Positions 1 to 9,015 of a DNA stretch of 32,000 nucleotides are shown piece after piece; position 1 is the stretch's first letter; each line of letters starts with the position of its first letter. The stretch lies in contig JBBSWA010000033.1 in the NCBI GenBank assembly GCA_038046485.1, positions 9,632 through 41,631 of the forward strand. The letters are read 5' to 3'. The translations under genes were made by a program, and so were the position numbers. Under the pieces are notes generated by a model that saw only the letters and a program-made list of their open reading frames with translations, ran no database searches and was not told where the DNA came from. The stretch comes from Nanobdellota archaeon (GTDB taxonomy: Archaea; Nanobdellota; Nanobdellia; Woesearchaeales; SM23-78).

Positions 1-65
1 TCTTTGTTGACGACCCCCTCATACAAAAAGTCTACCCAGAAGTATGCAAACCGATTACTTTCCAT

Positions 66-665
66 ATGGAAGCAGAAATAGACCGCGTTCAGGCATGGGT
101 AGAATCTCATGATGCCTATTTAGGTATGCATATCTGCATTGGGATTTTAGAACAGGCCACCACTGATGAAGATTTTAGAAAAAACCTAGTGGCTATCATT
201 AGCAGAGTCTATCATGAATGCGACCATATCTATTTTCCAAGCCATACTGCTGAAATCGATACGATCAAAAAACGGATGTTATACCAGATGGACGAAGCTG
301 AAATCAGAGCCTTTAGCAAGCAAATTGCCTACCTCTATTTTTCTATACTTCCTGGAAAACCTTTTAGCTATGATACCTTTAAAGATTATATAATAAAACA
401 CTGCTCAGCAGATAAAGAATACTATCTCATCCAATTTCTAGAATTCTTCAAGAACCCTTCAGAAACTCCTTTCAAAAAAAGAGAAGCCATCGAGTTTGCA
501 GAAGAAGTGACAATGGGGCAGCATCCTGAATTTACTAAAGACACTCTCAGCCGCACATTTAGACTTTACATGCAATACATCACCCTTTTTGTGGCTTATC
601 TCAACCAAACTAAAGAAATCGAAGATGCTGGAGAGGTACCTGATTATATGAAAGAAGTTTTATGA
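66..665 (+). CDS. hypothetical protein (199 aa)
   Basis: ATG-started ORF with no competing long ORF. I recognise no motif. Confidence 0.5.
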   Translation: MEAEIDRVQAWVESHDAYLGMHICIGILEQATTDEDFRKNLVAIISRVYHECDHIYFPSHTAEIDTIKKRMLYQMDEAEIRAFSKQIAYLYFSILPGKPFSYDTFKDYIIKHCSADKEYYLIQFLEFFKNPSETPFKKREAIEFAEEVTMGQHPEFTKDTLSRTFRLYMQYITLFVAYLNQTKEIEDAGEVPDYMKEVL

Positions 666-688
666 CTTTTTTATTTTCAACCTCGATT

Positions 689-725
689 TATAAACCATCA
701 ACGCAAATTATATAAACCATCGACG
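689..725 (+). promoter_or_regulatory. two tandem copies of TATAAACCATCRACG (689-703, 711-725) upstream of tldD; candidate TATA box plus operator
   Basis: Direct repeat with a 22-nt period and 1 mismatch. It contains TATA-like TTATAAA/TATATAAA 20-45 nt upstream of the ATG at 734. Confidence 0.4.
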
Positions 726-733
726 GAAACCTG

Positions 734-2161
734 ATGAAGATGGATGAAGATCTCGTACACTTTGCGATTCAATTCTTAGAAAAGAAGGGGTGCAGCTATG
801 TGGAAGCAAGGTTGGAAGAGAGCGAGGGACATGACTTTATCCTGAAAAATGGAACGATTGACCTTGCAGGGTATGGCCAAGTTCAAGGCCTGGGTGTGCG
901 GTTCTTACTTAAAAATAAACTCAACTTTGTGAGCACGAATGAACTGCAACGAAGCGCGATTCAACAAAAACTGCAGACGGCCCTGCATCACGCCCAAAAA
1001 GCCCAACGATATTCGGAAGAAGTTACTTTAAGCATGGAAGAGCCCTATCAAGACAGGTATGTTGTAAAGGCCCAGGTTGACCCCCAGAAGTTAGATCCTG
1101 AAACTAAAATTCGTTTTTTGAAAGAACTCGATCAAGACTTGCTTGCAACGGGCGTTCAAATGCCCAGCCGCTACTTGCATTACACTGATAGTCAGACAAC
1201 TGAATATCTAGCAACGCGCGAAGGCATCCGCCTGACTCAAACAATTCCCAAAGTACACTTCTTTTACAATTACATCATTCAAGTAGGAAAAGAGACCAGC
1301 CAAAAATTCTGCGAGTACGGAGCAACACAAGGCTGGGAAGGACTCCTTGGCTGGAAATTAAACCAAGTTTTACCTGAACAAGCCAACGCCTTGTATAAAA
1401 ATGTCACCGAAGGAAAAGCGGCTCCTAAAGAGAATTTGGATGTTGTTGTAAGCCCTGAAATGACTGGCATTATGGTCCATGAAAGCGTAGGACACCCCTA
1501 TGAAGCAGACCGCATTCTTGGTCGCGAGGCTGCCCAAGCCGGGGAGAGTTTTATTACGCCTGAGATGATTGGCAGCCGCATTGGAAATGACTGTGTTACG
1601 GTTTGTGATGATCCCACCCTACTGGGGGGATATGGACACTATAAATACGACAATGAAGGCGTACGCGCTCGGCGTAAATACTTGATTAAGAAAGGAATGA
1701 TCCATGAATTTTTACATAACCGAGAAACCTCTGCGGCCATGAATCACGGCAAAAGCAATGGCAGCAGCCGGGCAACGGACTATGACAAAGAAAGCATCAT
1801 CCGCATGAGCAATACGATCTTGCTTCCTGGAGAGTATAAGGATGAAGAAGAACTCTTTGAAGGCATCAAACTCGGTGTTTGGATCAAGAATTACATGGAA
1901 TGGAACATTGATGATAAACGATTGAATGCACGCTATACTGGAGCTGAAGCCTACCTGATTAAAAATGGGAAGATTGCCGAACCGGTACGAAACCCTACTC
2001 TTGAGATTACAACTCCCAAACTATGGAGCAGTGTGGATGCGGTTGCACAAAATAGTGCGTACTATGCTGGGAACTGCGGCAAGGGAGAGCCCATGCAAGG
2101 CATCCCTGTCTGGTTCGGCGGACCGAGTATGCGCCTACGCAATTTGAAGTTACGAACGTGA
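734..2161 (+). CDS. tldD: TldD-family metalloprotease
   Basis: 475 aa with an HExxxH-type site (GIMVHESVGHPYEAD) and the typical C-terminal GxC...GxP...P region. It is paired with a PmbA paralog downstream. Confidence 0.9.
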   Translation: MKMDEDLVHFAIQFLEKKGCSYVEARLEESEGHDFILKNGTIDLAGYGQVQGLGVRFLLKNKLNFVSTNELQRSAIQQKLQTALHHAQKAQRYSEEVTLSMEEPYQDRYVVKAQVDPQKLDPETKIRFLKELDQDLLATGVQMPSRYLHYTDSQTTEYLATREGIRLTQTIPKVHFFYNYIIQVGKETSQKFCEYGATQGWEGLLGWKLNQVLPEQANALYKNVTEGKAAPKENLDVVVSPEMTGIMVHESVGHPYEADRILGREAAQAGESFITPEMIGSRIGNDCVTVCDDPTLLGGYGHYKYDNEGVRARRKYLIKKGMIHEFLHNRETSAAMNHGKSNGSSRATDYDKESIIRMSNTILLPGEYKDEEELFEGIKLGVWIKNYMEWNIDDKRLNARYTGAEAYLIKNGKIAEPVRNPTLEITTPKLWSSVDAVAQNSAYYAGNCGKGEPMQGIPVWFGGPSMRLRNLKLRT

Positions 2162-2179
2162 TAACTATGAACTCGATTA

Positions 2180-2352
2180 TATTTAGCATCTGCAAAATTC
2201 TTGCTTCACTTCCTGTAAGAGCTGCGTTCCCGTATGGAGTGCTCAGAAATGTTTGCATTTCTGGCACGCCAAGAGCTTCGCTCTTGAGCGCAACCCCTCG
2301 CAACGCTCCCACTGTGTTTACTCAACGAATTTTGCCCGGAGGATGCTAAATA
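2180..2352. ncRNA. structured intergenic element, copy A (unclassified family; ncRNA or MITE-like)
   Basis: Closing stems are TATTTAGCATCT/GGATGCTAAATA and GCAAAATTC/GAATTTTGC, separated by a 3'-side bulge. It has core blocks GCTGCGTTCCCGTATGGAG (2221-2239) and GCGCAACCCCTCGCAACGC (2288-2306) and two internal hairpins. It is homologous in architecture to copies B and C. Confidence 0.55.
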
Positions 2353-2358
2353 AATACC

Positions 2359-3678
2359 ATGGAAATCCTACCTTATTTACTAAAAAAACTACAGCAACTT
2401 GGAGCAGAAGATGTTGTCTTACAGTACAATGAAGAAGAAAGCACCCTGCTTAAGTTTGCGAATGATAAACTGGTGAATCATAAAAGCTGGACAGCAACGG
2501 GGACGGGCATTTTTGTTGCTTACAAAAAAAGAATTGTTTCGACTTCACTCCATGAGAATACAACTCAAGCAGCGGATGCCATTGCCAAAAAAACCATTGA
2601 ACTTGCTAAATTATCTGAGCCAAATCCGAATTACCACGGAATTGCGCAAGGCTTTAAGACGCGCCCTCCTGTCGAAGAATTGTATGACCCTAAAGTCAAA
2701 GACGCAGAACTGGTAGATATCTATCAAGAAAGCCTACAAAAAGCTCAACAATATGGTGCTACGCGAAATAGCGGCATCTTACAAAGCCGCATTGTCAAAA
2801 CCAATCTCCTTACGAGTGGTGGAATTGAAGCTAAGGAAGAAAAAACAGGATTGTATTATAGCATTCGAAGCTTTACCGACAAAGACGCTTCAGGCCATGG
2901 GGTTGCTACGAGCAATATGCTAGCTAAGTTTAAACCACAAAAAGCGGCACAGGAAGCAGCTGAGACTGCTGTAGATGGAAAGAACCCTAAATCAGGAATA
3001 GCTGGGAAATATGACATCTTGTTTCATCCTCACCCCATCTCCCATGTCTGGGAAAATATTGGACAAAGTGTTAGCCCCTACAATGTCGATGCAGGCTTCT
3101 CCTGCCTGAAAAATAAAGTCGGGGAAAAGATTGGCAGTGACTTGGTTACCTTACATGATGATGCCCGTCTTAAGAATGGATTTCATAGCACGGCGTTTGA
3201 CGCAGAAGGAGTCCCCAGCCAAGATACTTGCTTGATCAAAAAAGGCGTGTTTCAAACTTACTTGCACAATACGAGTACCGCTCACAAGTATGGTGTGAGC
3301 ACTACCGGAAATGCCGGACTGCTTTCTCCTGAGCCTTCTAATTTAGTTGTTTCACCCGGCGATCAGACGACCGAAGAAATGATTCAAGGCATGAAAAAGG
3401 GACTGTATGTGACGAATGTATGGTATACTCGTTTTCAAAATTATGAGAAAGGAGACTTTTCGACGATTCCTCGCGATGGGCTCTTCTACATTGAGAATGG
3501 CAAGATTCAATATCCTGTCAAGGAGTTACGTATCAGTGAAAACCTTCTTCGGATCCTAAAGAATGTGATCGCCCTTGGACGAAAAAGCGAACAAGTCTAC
3601 AGCTGGGAAGTGAATACGCCTACCCTTACCCCGCATGTGCTAGTGAAGGATTGCAATGTGACCAAGCCGACGGCCTAG
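2359..3678 (+). CDS. pmbA: PmbA/TldE-family protease subunit
   Basis: 439 aa paralog of TldD that lacks the HExxxH site. It shows the typical tldD-pmbA pairing and a C-terminal GxxxxxG..P.L.V motif region. Confidence 0.88.
   Translation: MEILPYLLKKLQQLGAEDVVLQYNEEESTLLKFANDKLVNHKSWTATGTGIFVAYKKRIVSTSLHENTTQAADAIAKKTIELAKLSEPNPNYHGIAQGFKTRPPVEELYDPKVKDAELVDIYQESLQKAQQYGATRNSGILQSRIVKTNLLTSGGIEAKEEKTGLYYSIRSFTDKDASGHGVATSNMLAKFKPQKAAQEAAETAVDGKNPKSGIAGKYDILFHPHPISHVWENIGQSVSPYNVDAGFSCLKNKVGEKIGSDLVTLHDDARLKNGFHSTAFDAEGVPSQDTCLIKKGVFQTYLHNTSTAHKYGVSTTGNAGLLSPEPSNLVVSPGDQTTEEMIQGMKKGLYVTNVWYTRFQNYEKGDFSTIPRDGLFYIENGKIQYPVKELRISENLLRILKNVIALGRKSEQVYSWEVNTPTLTPHVLVKDCNVTKPTA
3656..3678 (+). repeat. 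left copy of 23-nt direct repeat (pmbA 3' end) flanking the TA cassette
   Basis: ATGTGACCAAGCCGACGGCCTAG, compared with the copy at 4229-4251: 21/23 identical. Confidence 0.85.
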
Positions 3679-4005
3679 CTATTCAGAAAACCTTGTTTTT
3701 AAAGAATAAAGCCGCTTCCTAAAATTTCTATAGGCCTTATCATGTTTATCAATGACTAACATCCAAATCTCATTTCCTAAAATATAATAAATCAAACGGG
3801 TATTTGAAGTGATCTCTTCTCGATAACAATTTGAACCACCTGAGAGATGCTTTAACCTAAGTGGATTTGCCTTAATCTTTTCTTTCTTAGCCTCAAAAAT
3901 TTCGATATCATTCTTGGAAAGCTTACCTAAATCCTTAAAGAACTCTGAATGAAACCTAACTACGAACTTTCCCAACCTTAACCCCTCTCTTTTCAAGATA
4001 GGCAT
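3679..4005 (-). CDS. RelE/ParE-superfamily toxin (start uncertain; possibly an internal TTG near 3973)
   Basis: C-terminal LKHLSGGSNCYREEITSNTRLIYYILGNEIWMLVIDKHDKAY resembles archaeal RelE. It overlaps the 3' end of a small upstream partner ORF. Confidence 0.7.
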   Translation of the reverse strand: MPILKREGLRLGKFVVRFHSEFFKDLGKLSKNDIEIFEAKKEKIKANPLRLKHLSGGSNCYREEITSNTRLIYYILGNEIWMLVIDKHDKAYRNFRKRLYSLKTRFSE

Positions 4006-4165
4006 AATACTCTTTCTCCGACTTTCCTTTCTCTCTACCCGTGTCTATATCTAGAATTCTTTGCCTTACCTTAACATCTAGGGCCATCTCTACATCATCA
4101 ATTAACATTTCTACATCAGACAGGATCTTCGTAAAAACTTGCTTAGGAATAACAATCGACTCCAT
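3956..4165 (-). CDS. putative antitoxin (69 aa)
   Basis: Small ORF immediately upstream of and overlapping the toxin. The acidic helical N-terminus (ILSDVEMLIDDVEMALD) is typical of RelB/Phd-like partners. Confidence 0.55.
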   Translation of the reverse strand: MESIVIPKQVFTKILSDVEMLIDDVEMALDVKVRQRILDIDTGREKGKSEKEYYAYLEKRGVKVGKVRS

Positions 4166-4228
4166 AACCTACAAGAAGCGATGATCCCTTAAATAGTTAT
4201 CGGGATTTTAATTGACCTAGTTACTGTC

Positions 4229-4251
4229 ATGTGACCAAGCCTACGGCGTAG
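4229..4251 (+). repeat. right copy of 23-nt direct repeat (duplicate pmbA 3' end)
   Basis: ATGTGACCAAGCCTACGGCGTAG. Both mismatches fall on third codon positions, so it still reads VTKPTA-stop. Confidence 0.85.
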
Positions 4252-4440
4252 GCAGACAAAATTTATAAGGAAGACACCCGTTCATGAATTGTATAGATTA
4301 TAAGGATAATAAGAATGATCTTATGTGTCTCAAAAAATAAAATCATCATCACCCTTGTACTCTTACTCTGCTTATCCCTCTTTGTCAATTTCTTCCACCC
4401 CAAAAATAAGGGGAAAGCTTTAAAAATACTCCCCACAAAG

Positions 4441-4452
4441 TTTATATATAAA
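4441..4452 (+). promoter_or_regulatory. TATA box for pan
   Basis: TTTATATATAAA is centred about 28 nt upstream of the ATG at 4474, which suggests a leaderless or very short-leader mRNA. Confidence 0.5.
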
Positions 4453-4473
4453 GGGATCTATACCTAATCTTAC

Positions 4474-5643
4474 ATGAGTGACCCTTCTGATGCCGTTGTT
4501 AATGCCGACCTAAAGGCAACCTCTGAAGGTCCGGTCTTCTCGTTTACCACGACTTCCGGGCTTAACCTTGAAGAAGAAAATAAGCTATTGCGCGAGACGG
4601 TTCACCAGCTCAAAGAAGAAGTGAACAAGTATCGAACGCCTGCCCTGATGCTGGCGGACGTTGTAGACTTAATGGATGGCAAGGCCGTCATCAAAATCCC
4701 CAATGGAAACAAATTCCTTGTTGAAATTGCCGGACACGTCCAAAATGTGGCCCCCGGCCATTCTGTTCTCATCGAACAAAAAAACCTCACCGTTGTGGAT
4801 AAGATTGAAACCAACACCAAATTCCATGCTGAAAAGTTTGTCATCATCGAAAAACCCAATGTACCCTGGAGCCAAGTGGGTGGCTTAAAAAGCCAAATCG
4901 TTGACATCAAAGAAGTCATTGAACTCCCCCTCACCCACCCTGAACTATTCAAGAAAGTAGGCATCACACCCCCTAAAGGTATCTTGCTCTATGGACCACC
5001 TGGAACGGGGAAGACCTTACTTGCCAAGGCTGTTGCTTCTAGCGCTCACTGTACCTTCATTGAAATTGTGGCTTCTGAATTGGTTCAGAAGTTCATTGGA
5101 GAAGGCGCCAAACTTGTAAAAGAGATCTTTGAACTTGCACGCGCCAAAGCCCCAAGCATTGTCTTCATTGATGAGCTCGATGCCCTTGCTGCACGAAGAG
5201 TTGAACTCGGAACCTCGGGCGAACGCGAGGTTCAACGCACCTTCATGCAACTCCTTGCTGAATTGGACGGATTTAAACCCCTAGATAATGTTAAGATCAT
5301 TGGCTGCACCAACCGCAAAGACATTTTAGACCCAGCTATATTAAGACCTGGACGGCTTGATCGACTCATTGAAGTGACACACCCCAGCAAAGAAGGCATT
5401 TGCGATATCTTCAAGATCCACAGCCAAAACATGCGCTTCCAGGCCAACCTCGTTCCTAGCAAATTTTTGGATCACCTTGAAGAATTCTCCGGCGCTGAAA
5501 TCAAATCCGTATGCACGGAAGCTGGCTACTTTGCCATCCGAGCAAGCCGCACGGTCATCAATGAACAAGACCTCAAATCCGCCATTCAAAAAGTACGAAA
5601 AGAAGAAAATACGAGTAATGATTATTTAGGGATGTTTGGCTGA
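4474..5643 (+). CDS. pan: proteasome-activating nucleotidase (AAA+ ATPase)
   Basis: N-terminal coiled coil (LEEENKLLRETVHQLKEEVNKYRTP), an OB region, Walker A GPPGTGKT, Walker B IVFIDELDA, and a second region of homology. Confidence 0.92.
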   Translation: MSDPSDAVVNADLKATSEGPVFSFTTTSGLNLEEENKLLRETVHQLKEEVNKYRTPALMLADVVDLMDGKAVIKIPNGNKFLVEIAGHVQNVAPGHSVLIEQKNLTVVDKIETNTKFHAEKFVIIEKPNVPWSQVGGLKSQIVDIKEVIELPLTHPELFKKVGITPPKGILLYGPPGTGKTLLAKAVASSAHCTFIEIVASELVQKFIGEGAKLVKEIFELARAKAPSIVFIDELDALAARRVELGTSGEREVQRTFMQLLAELDGFKPLDNVKIIGCTNRKDILDPAILRPGRLDRLIEVTHPSKEGICDIFKIHSQNMRFQANLVPSKFLDHLEEFSGAEIKSVCTEAGYFAIRASRTVINEQDLKSAIQKVRKEENTSNDYLGMFG

Positions 5644-6353
5644 TTTCTAAAATAATTTCTTAGTGCCTCTTCCAACGCTGATTTTTCTGTTTGACTATTG
5701 CAAAAACCGTTTGAATTGCTAAGATCTGGTGCGTCAAAGTGTTCCTGCCTCATCAACCCCGATTCTGGATGGATTGTTTTCCAAATCCCCTTTTCAGATA
5801 AGTCTAGCCTTTCTACTAAAGCCCCACTTCCACCTCTTCTCAATCGAAAGTTTGCGTCCTCCACCCAAAGTGAACAAGCAACTTGATGGTCTAAGTCATA
5901 CAATTGAGAAGCCGCACACGCAAAAACCGCATTATGACCATAAGGGATTGAATGCCACGAAGCTGGATGTGGAGGTTCCTGAATTTTTTTTGCATCTTTT
6001 TCATTGAGTAATATTTTTGTCACTAAACCTGTATCTGCTAAACGAGACAGGTAATTTCCCTCCCGAGATTCCCTTGTTTTAATCGATAAAGCCTGCTTTA
6101 AGGCCTCACTTAATGGATCTTTTCCTTTTACTCCACTATGTCGAGTATACGCCTCTTCTTGAGATAAATGTGCAGCACCTAAGACTTCTCTGAACCAATC
6201 TGCACACCCATTGCTCAATCGCTTTACTAGAGGATCCAAAAGACCTGCCTCTAAAACAGCTTTATATGCTTCTGCAGAAGGTTCAATACGCATTCTAAAA
6301 AAGACTAATAAATCCAGGTCATTATAAAGATTATTATGCCAAAACCTAATCAT
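5622..6353 (-). CDS. hypothetical protein (243 aa)
   Basis: ATG-started ORF 17 nt downstream of trm5 on the same strand. It overlaps the pan 3' end by 22 nt in convergent orientation. I see no recognisable motif. Confidence 0.5.
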   Translation of the reverse strand: MIRFWHNNLYNDLDLLVFFRMRIEPSAEAYKAVLEAGLLDPLVKRLSNGCADWFREVLGAAHLSQEEAYTRHSGVKGKDPLSEALKQALSIKTRESREGNYLSRLADTGLVTKILLNEKDAKKIQEPPHPASWHSIPYGHNAVFACAASQLYDLDHQVACSLWVEDANFRLRRGGSGALVERLDLSEKGIWKTIHPESGLMRQEHFDAPDLSNSNGFCNSQTEKSALEEALRNYFRNQPNIPK

Positions 6354-6370
6354 TCCAGGATGCTATGAAG

Positions 6371-7420
6371 TTATCCTACTTTTGCATCGACGCAGAGCCT
6401 AAAGAGGCGCTGGCCGACTTGGCCGCACTTGACCAGGCGAAGAACACGACAGGATCTGTTGAGCGCTTTACAGGCTGCCCTTACCTTCTCTTTTGCTTGG
6501 TCCAACTCGCCCTCTTTTTCGATGTCGTAGAAATGGATGATGGCGTCTGGATTTGCAACAGACAATGCAAGGGTTAAGAAGGCCTCTGCGGAATGTGGAA
6601 GAGGCATGAGGATGCGATCAAACTTTTCGTCTAATTTAGGAAGGACTTTTCTTACATCCCCTTCATAGAAACGCACGTTTTTTACCTTGTTCAACCGGAT
6701 GTTTTCCTGCGCATATCGATGACCTTGGGGGTTGAGTTCAATGCCAACGATTTCCTTTGCTCTTGATTTTTTTGCAAAAACAACCGGGTAAACCCCGCAA
6801 CCGGAGAACATAACCAAGACCTTTTCATTGGGTTTAATTTGCTCGGCGATGCGCTTGCGATCCTCACTTAACCTGGGTGAGAAATAAACGGTTTCTACAT
6901 TTACGTGGATACGGACGCCATTTTCTTTATGGGTGGTTTCACGTGTGTCTTCTCCAGCTAAAAAGGCGAGTTTCTGAACACGAAGCTCCCCCTCATGCTT
7001 ACCTTTTTGAAGCACTGTTTTGATGCTTGGACGCGATTGCAGCAGGTGCTTAGCAATCAATTGAGCGCGCTGTTGCAGCTCATTTGCAACCTCAATGATC
7101 CCGATGTCCCCGACAACATCCAAAGAAGACTTGACCTTTGCTAATTCCTTCTCTGAAAGCTCTTTTTCTAATGAAGACTTCAGGTCTTGCGCTTTTAACC
7201 GGCGCGCTTTTAACTGAACCTCCACAAAAGGATACTTAGAAGTAAAACGTTTTAATACTGGAAACAGAATACAGGCCGGTTGCTTTGCAACAGCACTATC
7301 GTGCTGAGCTCGGCAAGGAACTTGCCTCGCAACCGAGTACCGCTTATCTAATAAGCCTTTTTTCATCAAGAACTGCTTGGCCTTTTCTGCTTCTTTTAGG
7401 GGGACCTTTATCGCTAACAT
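6371..7420 (-). CDS. trm5: Trm5/Taw2-family tRNA methyltransferase (Met-10 type SAM MTase)
   Basis: VLVMFSGCGVYPVVFAK...GIELNP...DRILMPLP motifs. The start was moved to the ATG at 7420 (MLAIKVPLKEAEK); the track ORF begins at an upstream GTG at 7465. Confidence 0.78.
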   Translation of the reverse strand: MLAIKVPLKEAEKAKQFLMKKGLLDKRYSVARQVPCRAQHDSAVAKQPACILFPVLKRFTSKYPFVEVQLKARRLKAQDLKSSLEKELSEKELAKVKSSLDVVGDIGIIEVANELQQRAQLIAKHLLQSRPSIKTVLQKGKHEGELRVQKLAFLAGEDTRETTHKENGVRIHVNVETVYFSPRLSEDRKRIAEQIKPNEKVLVMFSGCGVYPVVFAKKSRAKEIVGIELNPQGHRYAQENIRLNKVKNVRFYEGDVRKVLPKLDEKFDRILMPLPHSAEAFLTLALSVANPDAIIHFYDIEKEGELDQAKEKVRAACKALNRSCRVLRLVKCGQVGQRLFRLCVDAKVG

Positions 7421-7464
7421 GTTATACTGGGAAGAAAAGAAGTTTAAAAAGTTGCGTGTAAACA

Positions 7465-7839
7465 CTACTTCTTCCTATATCCCAAAATCTTATTATACTG
7501 AGCATGATCACAGATTTCAAAGACCACACTGATTACTCTAACTTCATCTCCGATTACATAATACAAAAGTCTCCAAAATTGAGACAATTCCATTCGAAAT
7601 AAATTTGGTAGGTTTTCGAATTCCTTTGGCCAAAGACGATGCGGCACCGGATCACCGGTAAATGGATTTATTTTAAGGATGTCCAATGAACGATGGATGC
7701 TCTTTAACAACTGTACATCTAATTTAGGGGGTGTCTTGCCCTGTGCTTCAACAGAATTAATAGAAGCTTCTAACTTTGCTAATGCTTCATCTGCTATCCC
7801 TATAACCTGCACTGACTTAGCCTTATCTCTTAATTCCAT
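7465..7839 (-). CDS. RelE/ParE-superfamily toxin-like protein (124 aa)
   Basis: NPFTGDPVPHRLWP...NLFRMELSQFWRLLYYVIGDEVRVISVVFEICDHAQYNKILGY matches the ParE/RelE C-terminal pattern. It overlaps the upstream partner by 10 nt. Confidence 0.62.
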   Translation of the reverse strand: MELRDKAKSVQVIGIADEALAKLEASINSVEAQGKTPPKLDVQLLKSIHRSLDILKINPFTGDPVPHRLWPKEFENLPNLFRMELSQFWRLLYYVIGDEVRVISVVFEICDHAQYNKILGYRKK

Positions 7840-8096
7840 GAACGGCCCTTACGCAAGATTGCCGCTATATCTTCTTTAGGTGTAGCAATCCATACGACAC
7901 CCTCTGGTGTAAATTCGATTTTTCCGCTTTTCTGCAAATAAGTTAGAATGACTTTGAGGGTATTGTGGTTGACTTTACGAGGCAAGCGACGCTTTAATTC
8001 AGCTATTTTTATGACTTCTTTTTCTTTTTGAATGGTGTCCTCTACCATTTGGACCGTGTCTAGAGTGGGACTGTGTAGCTTAAGGAGCTGTTTCAT
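7830..8096 (-). CDS. small winged-helix-like DNA-binding protein, putative antitoxin
   Basis: 88 aa, located upstream of and overlapping the toxin-like gene. It has an RRLPRKVNHNTLKVILTYLQKSGKIEF wHTH-like segment. Confidence 0.5.
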   Translation of the reverse strand: MKQLLKLHSPTLDTVQMVEDTIQKEKEVIKIAELKRRLPRKVNHNTLKVILTYLQKSGKIEFTPEGVVWIATPKEDIAAILRKGRSWN

Positions 8097-8148
8097 CGTT
8101 ATTTACTTGTAACTAATAGATACATACTTATAAACTTTTTGATTGTAT

Positions 8149-9015
8149 TTATATTATAATCAAAATCACTCCTGCGAGCAAAATGCAACATGCCAAGACC
8201 CGATGTGAAAGACCCTTTTCGTGATATAATTTACCCCCCAAAAATGTTGCGAACAATGTTGAAAGCCGACGCGTCGGAAGAGCCAGGCTTACTGGAGCCA
8301 ATGAAACCCCGACCAAGTGCAAGGTGATGGAAGACAGATGCAAGAACGATACCAGGAAAGTCAACCAACCATACTTTTTTAGATCTGATCTTACCCATTT
8401 CAAGCGATACAAAAAGGCATCCAAGATGATTAAATCCAGACAGATAAATACCCAAACAAAATATACATACGTCAAGGCGGCCACTGCATGCCCGAACAAG
8501 TACTTTTCAAACGTCGATACAGCACTGAACAACACCAACGCCGACAAAAGACAGATCATCGGAGAAGAAGAAAACAACTTCTGCAAAGGAGCCAAGAGAT
8601 TTTTATGAGAGATACCTTCCAAGATGTATGCGCCAATGATCAGGCACACCACCCCAACTCCCTGCAACCATGAAAGTCGTTCACCTAAGAAAAAATAAGC
8701 GAACACCACCAAGAACAAAGGACTCAGGTTAAATAAAGGCTCCATCACCGATATTTCCAGATGCTTCAAGGCCTTAATCTCCAACCACAAACTAATACTT
8801 ATGGTTAATGAAACAAAAAAGATCAACAACAAAACCGGCCAGGAAGGGAGCTTAGGAGCAAACGGAGCGACGATCAACAACAAGACTAACGTCGTAACTG
8901 CCCTCGTCGACAAAAACTCCAAAGAATGCTCCTTAAACAACAACTTTTTCGTCCAAACATCTGCGAGTGCCAATAGAAAGGCACCGGACAAGACGTAAAC
9001 ATACCATTCCATCAT
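8149..9015 (-). CDS. EamA/DMT-superfamily transporter
   Basis: 288 aa with about 10 hydrophobic helices and the two-EamA-repeat organisation. It is a tandem paralog of the neighbouring gene. Confidence 0.8.
   Translation of the reverse strand: MMEWYVYVLSGAFLLALADVWTKKLLFKEHSLEFLSTRAVTTLVLLLIVAPFAPKLPSWPVLLLIFFVSLTISISLWLEIKALKHLEISVMEPLFNLSPLFLVVFAYFFLGERLSWLQGVGVVCLIIGAYILEGISHKNLLAPLQKLFSSSPMICLLSALVLFSAVSTFEKYLFGHAVAALTYVYFVWVFICLDLIILDAFLYRLKWVRSDLKKYGWLTFLVSFLHLSSITLHLVGVSLAPVSLALPTRRLSTLFATFLGGKLYHEKGLSHRVLACCILLAGVILIII

Noticed and set aside
2007-2349. Track ORFs 2158-2349 (+, 63 aa) and 2007-2312 (-, 101 aa) between tldD and pmbA.
   Set aside because: They coincide with structured element A and with the tldD 3' end. 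They show no coding-like features, and the region is better explained by the conserved stems shared with copies B and C.
4315-4467. A 50-codon ORF (MILCVSKNKIIITLVLLLCLSLFVNFF...) between the TA cassette and pan.
   Set aside because: It overlaps the pan TATA box and the sequence up to 7 nt before the pan ATG, has no ribosome-binding signal, and cannot be assessed for conservation. It is not supported as a gene.
5620-5643. The PAN C-terminus ends in ...LGMFG rather than a classic hydrophobic-Tyr-X gate-opening motif.
   Set aside because: I cannot judge the significance without an alignment of PAN orthologs, and Phe may substitute for Tyr. I noted it only.
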